Of a DNA stretch of 43,877 bases, positions 9,842 through 19,167 are shown piece by piece. The position numbers and the translations under genes are program-made. The stretch covers positions 1-43,877 of the forward strand of contig CAJKQZ010000001.1 in the NCBI GenBank assembly GCA_905202115.1. The letters run 5' to 3'. The notes beneath the pieces are model-generated. The model made no database searches and was not told where the DNA came from. It saw only the letters and a list, made by a program, of their open reading frames with translations. How positions within the stretch are numbered: the first letter of the stretch is position 1; each line of letters starts with the position of its first letter. This DNA is from an uncultured Prevotellaceae bacterium. GTDB lineage: Bacteria > Bacteroidota > Bacteroidia > Bacteroidales > Bacteroidaceae.

Positions 9842-10851
9842 TTGTCGAAGAAGTTTTTGTTTAAGGCTGCAAGCGGGTTATTCTTTGTGGCAAATTCAAG
9901 TCCTTTTTCCTGGAGACCGACTGCAAACGTAGCGAGTGATTGCAGAATTGTTTCTTTTTGCATTTCTGCATTAGGATTTATGACGACGTTAATTCCTTCG
10001 TGTACTATTTCTACGTTTACGTTTTCTCCTGCGAATACCGGATCACCGTCTCTATGTATTACACCTGGCCCGCTACGGTGAATAGAAAGCTTATTAGTTC
10101 TGAACATTTGTACGTAGCTTCCTGTGTGTAATGTTTTGCTGAACAATTGCAGAGCTAATTGTGGGGCTTCGAACGCATTGAACGGTTCGATGACTGTAAC
10201 ATCCATTAATCCGTCGTTCATGGAGGCTTGCGGAGCTATATAGGCGTTGTTTCCATACTCCGAAGCGTTTGCGCATGTTATGAGGAATGCTTTGTATGTT
10301 TTGCTGCCGGTTTCGTCTTCAACTATATATGTTTCCGGCTTGTATCGCAGCCATTCCGTAAGTGCCTGTTCGAGATAGGTAAGTACCCCACGCTTTTTTG
10401 CTTCAGTGAACTTGTAGCTTACATATGCGTCAAAGCCCATGCCGCAAGTACAGAAGAAAGGTTCTCCGCATACTTTTCCATAATCAAGCTTTTCTATAGA
10501 GCATTGATTGATAATTTCTACCGCACGTTTTCCGGTCAGTGGTATTTGGAGATGACGGGCAAGTCCGTTTCCGGAGCCGCATGGAATTATACCTAATGCC
10601 GTTTCGGTACCTATTAATCCGCTGGCTACTTCATTTACTGTTCCGTCGCCTCCTACGGCAACAACAATGTTTTTTCCTTCAGAAGCAGCTATGCGGGACA
10701 GTTGCCCTGCGTGTCCAGCATGCTCGCTATATAATATTTCGTGTTCAAAAAAGTCCTTGTTCAAAACTTTGTTGATGCTTTGAACAATATCGTCTTTCCT
10801 CTTGGTTCCGGAAATAGGATTGACTATGAATGTTATTCGTTTCTTTTCCAT
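9826..10851 (-). CDS. YegS/BmrU-type lipid kinase (diacylglycerol-kinase catalytic domain)
   Basis: 341 aa with 'ITFIVNPISG', 'VVAVGGDGTVNEV' (GGDGT motif) and 'GIIPCGSGNGLARHL'. It is divergent from the Spt-like gene. Confidence 0.8.
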   Translation of the reverse strand: MEKKRITFIVNPISGTKRKDDIVQSINKVLNKDFFEHEILYSEHAGHAGQLSRIAASEGKNIVVAVGGDGTVNEVASGLIGTETALGIIPCGSGNGLARHLQIPLTGKRAVEIINQCSIEKLDYGKVCGEPFFCTCGMGFDAYVSYKFTEAKKRGVLTYLEQALTEWLRYKPETYIVEDETGSKTYKAFLITCANASEYGNNAYIAPQASMNDGLMDVTVIEPFNAFEAPQLALQLFSKTLHTGSYVQMFRTNKLSIHRSGPGVIHRDGDPVFAGENVNVEIVHEGINVVINPNAEMQKETILQSLATFAVGLQEKGLEFATKNNPLAALNKNFFDKFYKK

Positions 10852-10864
10852 TTTTGATAAAGGA

Positions 10865-10872
10865 CAAAGTTA
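10865..10872 (-). promoter_or_regulatory. candidate -7 box for the lipid-kinase gene
   Basis: The minus strand reads 'taactttg' (TAnnTTTG) only 13 nt before the ATG, so the leader would be very short. Confidence 0.3.
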
Positions 10873-10946
10873 ATCCTATTTTCAGGAAAAAATAGCTCGT
10901 TAGTGATAAAAAACATTTTATGTTTTGTTTTTTGCAAGCAAAAGAG

Positions 10947-10974
10947 TTTAATTATGTAAAAAATACTATCTTTG
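10947..10974 (+). promoter_or_regulatory. candidate promoter for the spt-like gene
   Basis: Exact -7 box 'tatctttg' (10967..10974) with 'ttta' 16 nt upstream. It precedes both candidate start codons. Confidence 0.4.
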
Positions 10975-11026
10975 CGCCGTTTAAAAGAAAATGATAAGCT
11001 CCCTGTTGTTCAGGGCTGATTATAAA

Positions 11027-12214
11027 ATGGGATTACTACAAGAAAGATTAGAAAAATACAACTTGCCCCAGTTGTATATGAAACACGGTGTTTATCCTTA
11101 CTTTCGTGAAATTACAGGCAAACAGGGCACGGAGGTTGACATTGAGGGACACAAAGTTCTGATGTTTGGTTCGAATGCTTATACCGGTCTTACTGCTCAT
11201 CCGAGAGTTATTGAGGCGGCCGAAAAAGCATTGCATAAGTATGGAACCGGATGTGCAGGCTCGCGTTTCCTCAACGGGACGCTTGATTTGCATGTGCAAT
11301 TAGAAAAAGAACTGGCGCAATTCTTAGGAAAAGACGAGGCGCTTTGCTTTTCAACGGGGTTTACTGTAAATAGTGGTGTTATAGCATGTCTTACAGGGCG
11401 CGACGATTACATCATATGTGATGACCGCGATCATGCTTCTATAGTTGATGGCCGAAGACTTTCTTTCTCCAGAAGTTTGAAATATAAGCACAATGACATG
11501 AACGATCTCGAATGTCAGCTCAAAAAGTGCAAACCTGAGGCTGTAAAGCTTATTGTTGTTGACGGTGTATTTTCTATGGAAGGCGACCTTGCCAATCTTC
11601 CCGAAATAATTCGTCTTAAACACAAGTACAACGCGACTGTAATGGTCGATGAGGCTCACGGACTCGGTGTGTTCGGAAAGCAGGGACGAGGCGTCTGCGA
11701 CCATTTCGGACTTGCCAATGAGGTAGACCTTATTATGGGTACTTTCAGTAAGAGTCTTGCGTCGATAGGAGGATTCATTGCTTCCGATTCGAGTATAATA
11801 AACTGGCTTCGTCATAACACGAGGACATATATATTCAGCGCCAGCAACACTCCGTCTGCAACTGCGGCTGCAATGGAAGCGTTGCATATAATACAGGAAG
11901 ACACCGAGCGCAGGGAGCATTTGTGGGATGTTACAAATTATGCTCTTAAATTGTTCCGTGAAAAAGGTTTTGAAATAGGTGCGACGGAATCTCCCATAAT
12001 TCCTTTATATGTCCGCGATGTCGACAAGACTTTCCTTGTTACGCGTAGAGCTTTCGAAGAAGGAGTATTTATAAATCCTGTTATTCCTCCGGCGTGTGCT
12101 CCTCAGGATACATTGGTTCGTTTTGCACTTATGGCTACTCATACGAAAGAGCAGGTGAGCCTTGCTGTAGAACGACTTGTAAAAGTGTTTGAAGAATTAG
12201 ATTTGCTTAAATAA
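11027..12214 (+). CDS. spt: alpha-oxoamine synthase family PLP enzyme, probable serine palmitoyltransferase (often auto-annotated as 8-amino-7-oxononanoate synthase/Kbl)
   Basis: PLP-lysine motif 'GTFSKSLASIGG' and 'HGLGVFG'. The N-terminus 'MGLLQERLEKYNLPQLYMKHGVYPYFREI' resembles Bacteroides Spt as I recall it. The start at 11027 (MGLLQE) is preferred over the upstream ATG at 10991, but this is uncertain. Confidence 0.7.
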   Translation: MGLLQERLEKYNLPQLYMKHGVYPYFREITGKQGTEVDIEGHKVLMFGSNAYTGLTAHPRVIEAAEKALHKYGTGCAGSRFLNGTLDLHVQLEKELAQFLGKDEALCFSTGFTVNSGVIACLTGRDDYIICDDRDHASIVDGRRLSFSRSLKYKHNDMNDLECQLKKCKPEAVKLIVVDGVFSMEGDLANLPEIIRLKHKYNATVMVDEAHGLGVFGKQGRGVCDHFGLANEVDLIMGTFSKSLASIGGFIASDSSIINWLRHNTRTYIFSASNTPSATAAAMEALHIIQEDTERREHLWDVTNYALKLFREKGFEIGATESPIIPLYVRDVDKTFLVTRRAFEEGVFINPVIPPACAPQDTLVRFALMATHTKEQVSLAVERLVKVFEELDLLK

Positions 12215-12236
12215 TAAGCATACAAATAAAAGTCAG

Positions 12237-12274
12237 ACTCCTGCATACAAAACAAAAGTATGCAGGAGTTTTTT
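12237..12274 (+). terminator. Rho-independent terminator after the spt-like gene
   Basis: The 12-bp stem is 'actcctgcatac'/'gtatgcaggagt' with a 9-nt loop, followed by 'ttttt'. Confidence 0.75.
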
Positions 12275-12371
12275 GTGAAAGTATTATTATAATTCTGTAT
12301 TATTTATATATAATGCAATATGTTTTACATATAATTAATACTTAATAAGTTTACATAAAAATATAAACTGT

Positions 12372-12379
12372 TATTTTTG
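12372..12379 (+). promoter_or_regulatory. candidate -7 box for the OMP gene
   Basis: 'tatttttg' matches TAnnTTTG 69 nt upstream of the ATG. Confidence 0.35.
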
Positions 12380-12447
12380 CCGTTGAATTAAATGTCTTTT
12401 GGTTTAAAATCCGACAGGCAAATGTTTAACTCAAAAATAGATTTAAT

Positions 12448-12987
12448 ATGAAAAAGTTTTTATTTACCCTGGCAGCTGCTTTTATAGCGTTTACCGCAAG
12501 TGCACAAGTTTATGTAGGCGGTGAAGTCGGTTTTTGGCGTAATTGGACAGATGGCGCGAATTCCACGACAGCTAAGATTCTTCCGGAAGTCGGTTATGGT
12601 TTAGATGACAAATGGTCTATCGGAACTCAGATTGGTTGGGTTTATAATTATAATGACGGGATAAAAGTCAATGCTTTTGTCGTTGCTCCTTATGCCCGTT
12701 TTACTTATGCCAAATTCGATGCCATAAGTCTTTTCCTCGACGGTGGTTTTGAGTTCGGTACATACAAGGCCAGCGGTCATGGCATTAAAGATGATTCCCA
12801 TAATTCCTGGGGTATCGGTATCAAACCAGGTGTAAAGGTTGATCTTACCAGCAAACTTTCATTCGTTGCCCACGCAGGCTTCTTTGGCTATAGAGACAAT
12901 GACGATGCTGAAATTTTCGGCAATAATGGTTTCGGCCTTGATGTTAATGGAAATAACCTGCAATTCGGTCTTTATTACAACTTCTGA
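12448..12987 (+). CDS. small outer-membrane beta-barrel protein (OmpW/porin-family-like)
   Basis: 179 aa with a signal peptide ending 'FTASAQ', alternating aromatic/glycine beta-strand pattern and C-terminal '...FGLYYNF', typical of OM beta-barrels. Confidence 0.7.
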   Translation: MKKFLFTLAAAFIAFTASAQVYVGGEVGFWRNWTDGANSTTAKILPEVGYGLDDKWSIGTQIGWVYNYNDGIKVNAFVVAPYARFTYAKFDAISLFLDGGFEFGTYKASGHGIKDDSHNSWGIGIKPGVKVDLTSKLSFVAHAGFFGYRDNDDAEIFGNNGFGLDVNGNNLQFGLYYNF

Positions 12988-13017
12988 TTTTAAAGCCAAT
13001 AGGTTTCAATTCCCTAT

Positions 13018-13056
13018 ATATCGTCATGCTGCATTTACAGCATGACGATATTTTTT
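13018..13056 (+). terminator. Rho-independent terminator after the OMP gene
   Basis: The 14-bp stem is 'atatcgtcatgctg'/'cagcatgacgatat' with a 6-nt loop, followed by 'tttttt'. Confidence 0.75.
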
Positions 13057-13101
13057 GTATGTTTATTTAATATGAAAAACGGTCCGATAGAAAATAAGAG
13101 C

Positions 13102-13310
13102 GAAAAGATTTTATCCTGAGCCGGACTTCTCAAAGAATAATATTTTATTTTTTTGCATGGTAAAAAACTTCCCGCAGATAATTGAAAATACAAGGGAGAT
13201 AGTAAAAAATATGTCTGAGATAATTTAAAATATCTCAGACATATTTTTTACTATATATACACCTGCTGATTTTCAGGTGTTTGGCCACTGACCGTTTTTG
13301 TCTGCAATAC
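13102..13310 (+). repeat. dispersed intergenic repeat, copy C (full)
   Basis: It has the same module order as copy B. It lies 45 nt after the OMP gene's own terminator and carries the 'caggtg/ggccactg' sub-variant. Confidence 0.92.
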
Positions 13311-13555
13311 TTGTTGGTAAAACAGCGGATTTTTATAGGTCTTTATTTCTTTTTTACTCAAAGGATTTTAAATTTAAAATAGCAGTTGATTAGGGATTAC
13401 TTCTTTGTATGTAATTTCTATTGAGCTCGAAAGATTTTTAATTTCAAAAAAGGTTTTCGAGTTTTTGGAACAATAGTCCTTTGTCCTATTGCAACTCTAA
13501 ATATTGTGGGTGAAGAAAGATTTCTGTTTTACTTATTAAAATACGAAATAAGTTG

Positions 13556-13563
13556 TATTTTTG
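13556..13563 (+). promoter_or_regulatory. candidate -7 box for the DUF1573 gene
   Basis: 'tatttttg' matches TAnnTTTG 28 nt upstream of the ATG. Confidence 0.4.
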
Positions 13564-13590
13564 CAAAAAAGCATTTAAACATATAAGAAT

Positions 13591-13983
13591 ATGAAACGAA
13601 TTCTGTTTTTGTTTGTAGCTATTATGGTTTCAACGGTATCAATATCGGCTCAGAAACAATATGCTGAAATGAAGTTTGATTCAACAGAGTATGATTTCGG
13701 TACTTTTTATAAGGATGTGAACAAATTGAGTCATACGTTTACTTTTACAAATACCGGAACAATGCCGGCTATTATAAACAAGGCCGTCACGACGTGTGGC
13801 TGCACTGTCGCTACGTATACAAAAGAACCGGTTGCTCCTGGCAAAAAGGGGACTGTTGTTATTGAATATAATCCGATTGGACGGTTTCCCGGGGAATTCA
13901 AGAGAACAATAACGCTGATGACCAATGCAAAAAAGCAAATGTGTAAATTGTATATTAAGGGAAATATGATAGAACGCCCTTGA
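13591..13983 (+). CDS. DUF1573 domain-containing protein
   Basis: 130 aa with a signal peptide. 'FTFTNTG..P..I......TCGCTVA.....P.APG..G.V...YN' matches the DUF1573 pattern common in Bacteroidota. Confidence 0.8.
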   Translation: MKRILFLFVAIMVSTVSISAQKQYAEMKFDSTEYDFGTFYKDVNKLSHTFTFTNTGTMPAIINKAVTTCGCTVATYTKEPVAPGKKGTVVIEYNPIGRFPGEFKRTITLMTNAKKQMCKLYIKGNMIERP

Positions 13984-14035
13984 TTTTATTCATGGTATGA
14001 GGTAAGGTAACACATACCGATAAATTTATTTTGAA

Positions 14036-15088
14036 ATGAATAACAATAACTTGGTAATTATGGCCGGCGGTATAGGCAGCCGCTTCTGGCCCATGAGTAG
14101 CGTTGAATGTCCAAAACAGTTCCTCGACGTACTTGGAGTAGGGCGCTCGTTGCTGCAAATGACGTTAGAGAGGTTTTCCGACTTGTGCCCTATCGAGAAC
14201 ACATGGGTCGTAACATCCAAAATGTATGAGAGCCTGGTTCGCGAGCAACTACCGGATTTGCCGGCCGAAAATATACTGCTGGAACCTTGCCGCAGAAATA
14301 CAGCACCTTGTATAGCTTATGTGAGCTGGAAAATAAAGAAGCGTAATCCAAGAGCAAATATAGTAGTCACACCAAGCGATCATGTTGTGCGTGATGTCAG
14401 AATGTTCAAGGAGGCATTGAAAGATTCCATGAACTTTACGGCCGAGACAGACTCGATAGTGACACTCGGAATCCGTCCGACTTGTCCCGAAACGGGATAC
14501 GGATACATAGAAGCGGATCTTAGCTACTCGTCATCAAGAAACAAACAGATATTTCGCGTCGATTCTTTTAGGGAGAAACCTTCTTTGGAGGTGGCTACAC
14601 AATATATCTCAAAAAACAATTATTTTTGGAACGCCGGAATTTTTGTTTGGAGCGTGCAGACTATAGTTAATGCCTATAGAGTTTATCAGCCTGGAATAGC
14701 CAAATTGTTTGAGAGCATGACGCCTGTCTTTGATACTCCTGAAGAGCAGAGTGTTTTGGATGAGGAATTCCCCAAATGTGATAACATCAGCGTAGACTAC
14801 GCTATAATGGAGAAAGCTGAGGAAATATTTGTTTATCCGTCTTCTTTCGGCTGGAGTGATGTGGGCACATGGGGAGCGCTTCGCCAGCAGATTGCTCAGG
14901 ACGTGCATGGAAACGCAATTGTGGGAAACGTAGATTTATACGAAACAAACAACTGCATAATACACTGCGCCGAAGCAAAAAAAGTAGTGGTGCAAGGTCT
15001 TGACGGTTATATTGTAGCTGAAAAGAACGGAATGCTTATGATTTGCAAATTGTCGGAAGAGCAGCGCATAAAGTTGTTTCACGACTGA
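14036..15088 (+). CDS. manC: mannose-1-phosphate guanylyltransferase
   Basis: 350 aa with 'VIMAGGIGSRFWPMS....PKQFL' nucleotidyl-transferase motifs and a C-terminal 'DYAIMEKA...FGWSDVGTW' pattern. It supplies the substrate for gmd and fcl. Confidence 0.8.
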   Translation: MNNNNLVIMAGGIGSRFWPMSSVECPKQFLDVLGVGRSLLQMTLERFSDLCPIENTWVVTSKMYESLVREQLPDLPAENILLEPCRRNTAPCIAYVSWKIKKRNPRANIVVTPSDHVVRDVRMFKEALKDSMNFTAETDSIVTLGIRPTCPETGYGYIEADLSYSSSRNKQIFRVDSFREKPSLEVATQYISKNNYFWNAGIFVWSVQTIVNAYRVYQPGIAKLFESMTPVFDTPEEQSVLDEEFPKCDNISVDYAIMEKAEEIFVYPSSFGWSDVGTWGALRQQIAQDVHGNAIVGNVDLYETNNCIIHCAEAKKVVVQGLDGYIVAEKNGMLMICKLSEEQRIKLFHD

Positions 15089-15109
15089 AGCGCATTGACA
15101 TAAAACAAA

Positions 15110-15143
15110 AAGCGGAGCGTTTCACAACGTCCCGCTTCTTTTT
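15110..15143 (+). terminator. probable Rho-independent terminator after manC
   Basis: The 'aagcgg'/'ccgctt' stem is extended by 3 further pairs and followed by 'cttttt'. Confidence 0.5.
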
Positions 15144-15397
15144 GAATACCTAATAAGCAATGATTTTATCATAAATACAAAATAATTATCGGATTTTCAT
15201 GACCGATTTTCATAGATTAGATAAGGTTTATGTAAGATTTGTAATGTGCAAATATGCAAATTATTTTTAATCTCGGCAAAGTTTTAAGCTAAAATAAACT
15301 AAATTTAAAAAGAAACGGATATACATTTATATTATTGAATGTGATGAAGAAGTTATAAAAAAAACTTATTTTTACAACGTAATAACTCTTTATAGAA

Positions 15398-17098
15398 ATG
15401 AATACCAATATACCAAACGAAGAAAAGCGTAAAAGTCTTGATTTTATAGAGCAAATAGTGGAAAAAGACCTGGCGGAAGGAAAAAACGGAGGCAGGATAC
15501 AAACACGTTTTCCGCCTGAGCCTAACGGCTATCTGCATATAGGTCATGCAAAGGCTATTTGTGAGGATTTCGGAATAGCAGAAAAGTATGGCGGCATTTG
15601 CAATCTTCGTTTCGACGATACAAATCCTCAGAAAGAAGACGTAGAATATGTTGATTCTATAATGGAGGATATAAAATGGTTGGGATTCAGTTGGAAAAAT
15701 GTTTTTTATGCTTCAGACTATTTTCAAGATCTTTGGGATTTTGCAGTTAGATTGATTAAAGAAGGCAAGGCTTATGTTGATGAACAGACGAGTGAACAAA
15801 TAGCCGAACAGAAAGGCACTCCTACGCAGCCGGGTATTGCGAGCCCGTATCGTGACAGGCCTGTTGAAGAAAGTCTCTCTTTGTTTGAAAAAATGAACTC
15901 GGGAGAATTGCCGGAAGGTTCTATGGTTCTTCGTGCCAAAATTGATATGGCAAATCCCAATATGCATTTCCGTGATCCTATTATATATAGAATAATAAAC
16001 AGAACACATCACAGAACCGGCGACAAGTGGAAAGCATATCCGATGTATGATTTTGCACATGGACAAAGCGATTTCTTTGAAGGCGTCACACATTCTATAT
16101 GTACGCTTGAATTTGTGCCTCATCGCCCTTTATACGATTATTTCATAGACGAACTTAAAGAAGGTAAGGACTTAGACGATAATCGTCCGCATCAGTATGA
16201 ATTCAACAGGTTGAATCTTACTTATACTATAATGAGTAAACGTAAGTTGCTGGCTCTTGTTGAAGAAAAATTGGTTAAAGGGTGGGACGATCCGAGAATG
16301 CCGACAATCTGCGGCCTCAGACGAAGAGGCTATTCGCCCGAAGCCATTCGGAAATTCATTCAGATGATAGGTTATACTAAGTTTGATGCGTTGAATGACT
16401 ATGCAATGCTTGAAGCTGCCGCACGCGAAGATTTGAATGCAAGAGCAATACGTGTTTCTGCTGTGTTGAATCCTGTGAAACTTGTTGTAACGAATTATCC
16501 GGATGATAAAGAAGAAGAGTTGGAGGCAATAAATAATCCCGAAAATCCGGAAGACGGCAGCCACACAGTTGTTTTTGCAAAAGAACTGTGGATAGAACGT
16601 GACGATTTCATGGAAGACGCTCCTAAAAAGTTTTTCCGTATGACTCCAGGAAGAGAAGTCCGTTTAAAGAATGCTTACATTGTAAAATGCACAGGTTGTA
16701 AAAAAGACAATGACGGAAACGTGACGGAAATATATTGTGAGTATGATTACGAAAGTCGTAGCGGAATGCCTGGAGCAGACCGGAAAGTCAAAAGCACCTT
16801 GCATTGGGTAAGTGTGAAACACGCAGTAAAATCGGAAGTAAGGCTGTATGATCGTCTTTTCACCATAGAGAATCCTTCTGCAGACGAGCGGGATTTTCGC
16901 GACTTGCTTAATCCTGATTCTTTGCAGGTTCTGAATAACTGCTACGTAGAACCTTTTGCTGTTAATAATGAAGAACATCGTTATCTGCAGTTCCAGCGTA
17001 TAGGATATTTTGTTAAAGACAATGATAGTACGCAAAACAATCCTGTATTTAATCGGACTGTAGGCCTTAAGGATAACTGGAACAAACAGAAAGCTTAG
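15398..17098 (+). CDS. glnS: glutamine--tRNA ligase
   Basis: 566 aa with class I 'PEPNGYLHIGHAKA' (HIGH) and 'IMSKRKL' (KMSKS-like) motifs and the typical GlnRS length. Confidence 0.95.
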   Translation: MNTNIPNEEKRKSLDFIEQIVEKDLAEGKNGGRIQTRFPPEPNGYLHIGHAKAICEDFGIAEKYGGICNLRFDDTNPQKEDVEYVDSIMEDIKWLGFSWKNVFYASDYFQDLWDFAVRLIKEGKAYVDEQTSEQIAEQKGTPTQPGIASPYRDRPVEESLSLFEKMNSGELPEGSMVLRAKIDMANPNMHFRDPIIYRIINRTHHRTGDKWKAYPMYDFAHGQSDFFEGVTHSICTLEFVPHRPLYDYFIDELKEGKDLDDNRPHQYEFNRLNLTYTIMSKRKLLALVEEKLVKGWDDPRMPTICGLRRRGYSPEAIRKFIQMIGYTKFDALNDYAMLEAAAREDLNARAIRVSAVLNPVKLVVTNYPDDKEEELEAINNPENPEDGSHTVVFAKELWIERDDFMEDAPKKFFRMTPGREVRLKNAYIVKCTGCKKDNDGNVTEIYCEYDYESRSGMPGADRKVKSTLHWVSVKHAVKSEVRLYDRLFTIENPSADERDFRDLLNPDSLQVLNNCYVEPFAVNNEEHRYLQFQRIGYFVKDNDSTQNNPVFNRTVGLKDNWNKQKA

Positions 17099-18424
17099 AT
17101 GAACAACGGTAACAAGGGAATAAATAGCGCGGAAGTTTTACGCAAAGTAGAGCGTTACGAAAATATGCTTTGTGACAACACAAAAGTATATTTCGACGAA
17201 GACGATCTGCTTGATGTTGCGGAATACTATTATTATGATATGTCTAAAGAAGCCGAAGCTCTGCGTTGTTTGGACTATGCATTGAAGTTACACCCTGAGT
17301 CATTGCCTGCGAGGCTTCGGATTGCTGAGATAAAATATTTTCAGGGAAAAACTTCCGAGGCATGGTCTCTTCTTAAATCTATTTCCGAGCAGGAGGATCC
17401 CGATGTGCAATATTTTTACGGTTTGTTTTCTTTAGAAGAGAAAAATCTGAAAAAGGCCGAAGAATATTACAGAAAGGCATATTCCCTTGAACAAGGCACA
17501 GGTGTGGATTTGTTTTGCAGTATTGTGACCGATTATCTGGAACATGACATAATCGACGGCCTTGATAAATGGTTTAATCTTTTGCCAGATACATATCAAA
17601 GCTATCCGCGCGTTGTAGAAGTTAAAGTTTCGTATCTGCAAATGGCCGGCCGTTTGTCTGAGGCGGTAAAACTTGTTGAAAAGCAGATTGACAACGAGCC
17701 TTATAATGTGGATAATTGGACGGATTTGACCAAACTTTATATCCAAATGGGAGAGTTCGGAAAAGCAAAGGAAAGTAATACCTATATATTGGATATAGAA
17801 CCGAACAACCATGTGGCTTTGTGCTTGTCGGCCGAGATAGAGTTTCATCAGGGCAATATGGAGCATGCACATGAACTTTACGACAAGTACATAGCTTTGG
17901 AGGATAAAGATGCATATGCTTATTTTAACAATGCTTTCTGTCTTGTTTATATGTTTCGGTTTGATGAAGCTCTGCAACAGTTGCATTATGCGCAGAAATT
18001 CGTAGATGAAAAAAATACGGAACAACAGAACAAGATAAATCTGCTTACTATTTCCGTGCTTATTTGTATGGAAAAACTCGATGAGGCCGAAAGCGAACTT
18101 GAGAAAGCCCGACGCCTGGGATTGGACAAGGAAGATTATTTGTATAACAGTGCAATGATTCTTTACAAGAAAGGAAATGTATCTGAAGCCTTGAGCGTTC
18201 TTGATGATTTGATGACTTCAAAGCTGCAAACGGAGAATTTTCCGGAAAAGGTTTTCAATACGTATATAGCTCTTGGTGATTATGATAATCTATTGAAATC
18301 GTTAGATAAAGCGGTTTCGTTAATTCGTCAAAAGGATTCATATAAAGAGTTGGAGGAAAAGTGTTTTCCTTTTTATGCATTTTGTTATTATGAAAAGAAT
18401 GAAAGGGAAAAATTTCTTGAATAG
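17099..18424 (+). CDS. tetratricopeptide-repeat protein
   Basis: 441 aa with repeated 34-residue helical patterns rich in A/Y/L/E. Its ATG abuts the glnS stop (TAGATG), which suggests co-transcription. Confidence 0.65.
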   Translation: MNNGNKGINSAEVLRKVERYENMLCDNTKVYFDEDDLLDVAEYYYYDMSKEAEALRCLDYALKLHPESLPARLRIAEIKYFQGKTSEAWSLLKSISEQEDPDVQYFYGLFSLEEKNLKKAEEYYRKAYSLEQGTGVDLFCSIVTDYLEHDIIDGLDKWFNLLPDTYQSYPRVVEVKVSYLQMAGRLSEAVKLVEKQIDNEPYNVDNWTDLTKLYIQMGEFGKAKESNTYILDIEPNNHVALCLSAEIEFHQGNMEHAHELYDKYIALEDKDAYAYFNNAFCLVYMFRFDEALQQLHYAQKFVDEKNTEQQNKINLLTISVLICMEKLDEAESELEKARRLGLDKEDYLYNSAMILYKKGNVSEALSVLDDLMTSKLQTENFPEKVFNTYIALGDYDNLLKSLDKAVSLIRQKDSYKELEEKCFPFYAFCYYEKNEREKFLE

Positions 18425-18583
18425 AAAAGGTATAGAAAAAGCTCCTTATATAGCGGAACGGTTGTTTGAAAAGGTCTTTCCCGAAAGCCTTGACGTTAAA
18501 GATTATTATGCGTATGCAGAACAGAGAATGTTAAAGTAAAGATAACGTGATATAGTATTAACTTAAAACAAATCAGTAGAGTT

Positions 18584-19126
18584 ATGATATATGTAATGTT
18601 GGCCGACGGCTTTGAAGAAATTGAAGCTTTAACAGTAGTAGATGTTCTTCGGCGTGCTAATCTGGATGTGCAGACAGTTTCTGTTTCCCATAGTTTCCAG
18701 GTAGAGGGAGCACATGGAGTTGTTGTAAACGCAGATAATATTTTTACCGAGATTTCAGCTGCTAAGAGCGAACTTGTTGTTTTGCCGGGTGGAATGCCTG
18801 GTGCGTTGAATTTGCGTAATGAACAAGCGCTTTGTGCTGTTCTGAAAGAACGTTCTTCTGAGAATTTGAAAATCGCCGCTATATGCGCAGCACCGTTTAT
18901 ATTGGGTGAACTGGGCATTTTGCAGGGAAAACGCGCCACATGTTATCCCGGATTTGAAGATAAACTTACTGGCGCGACTGTAACTGGTGCAATGGTAGAG
19001 TGGGACGGTAATGTAATAACAGGCAAGGGCCCTGCAGCCGCAACAGATTTTGCTCTTTCTATCGTAGAAATGCTTGTAGGAAAAAATGTTCGTGATGAGG
19101 TGGCAAGCGGTATGCTTGTAAAATAG
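18584..19126 (+). CDS. DJ-1/PfpI family protein (YajL/ThiJ-like)
   Basis: 180 aa with 'ADGFEEIEALTVVDVLRRA' and the nucleophile-elbow 'IAAICAAP'. Confidence 0.85.
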   Translation: MIYVMLADGFEEIEALTVVDVLRRANLDVQTVSVSHSFQVEGAHGVVVNADNIFTEISAAKSELVVLPGGMPGALNLRNEQALCAVLKERSSENLKIAAICAAPFILGELGILQGKRATCYPGFEDKLTGATVTGAMVEWDGNVITGKGPAAATDFALSIVEMLVGKNVRDEVASGMLVK

Positions 19127-19167
19127 ATTTATCATAGAATTATTTTTTTCTGAAAAGGAACTTGAAA

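Noticed and set aside
13425-13470. A hairpin 'ctcgaaa...tttcgag' followed by 'tttttgg', with 'aaagattttt' and 'aaaaaaggtttt' strings reminiscent of the repeat's 5' flank.
   Set aside because: The stem is only 7 bp with a 24-nt loop, and the shared strings are low-complexity A/T runs. The evidence is insufficient for either a terminator or a repeat fragment.
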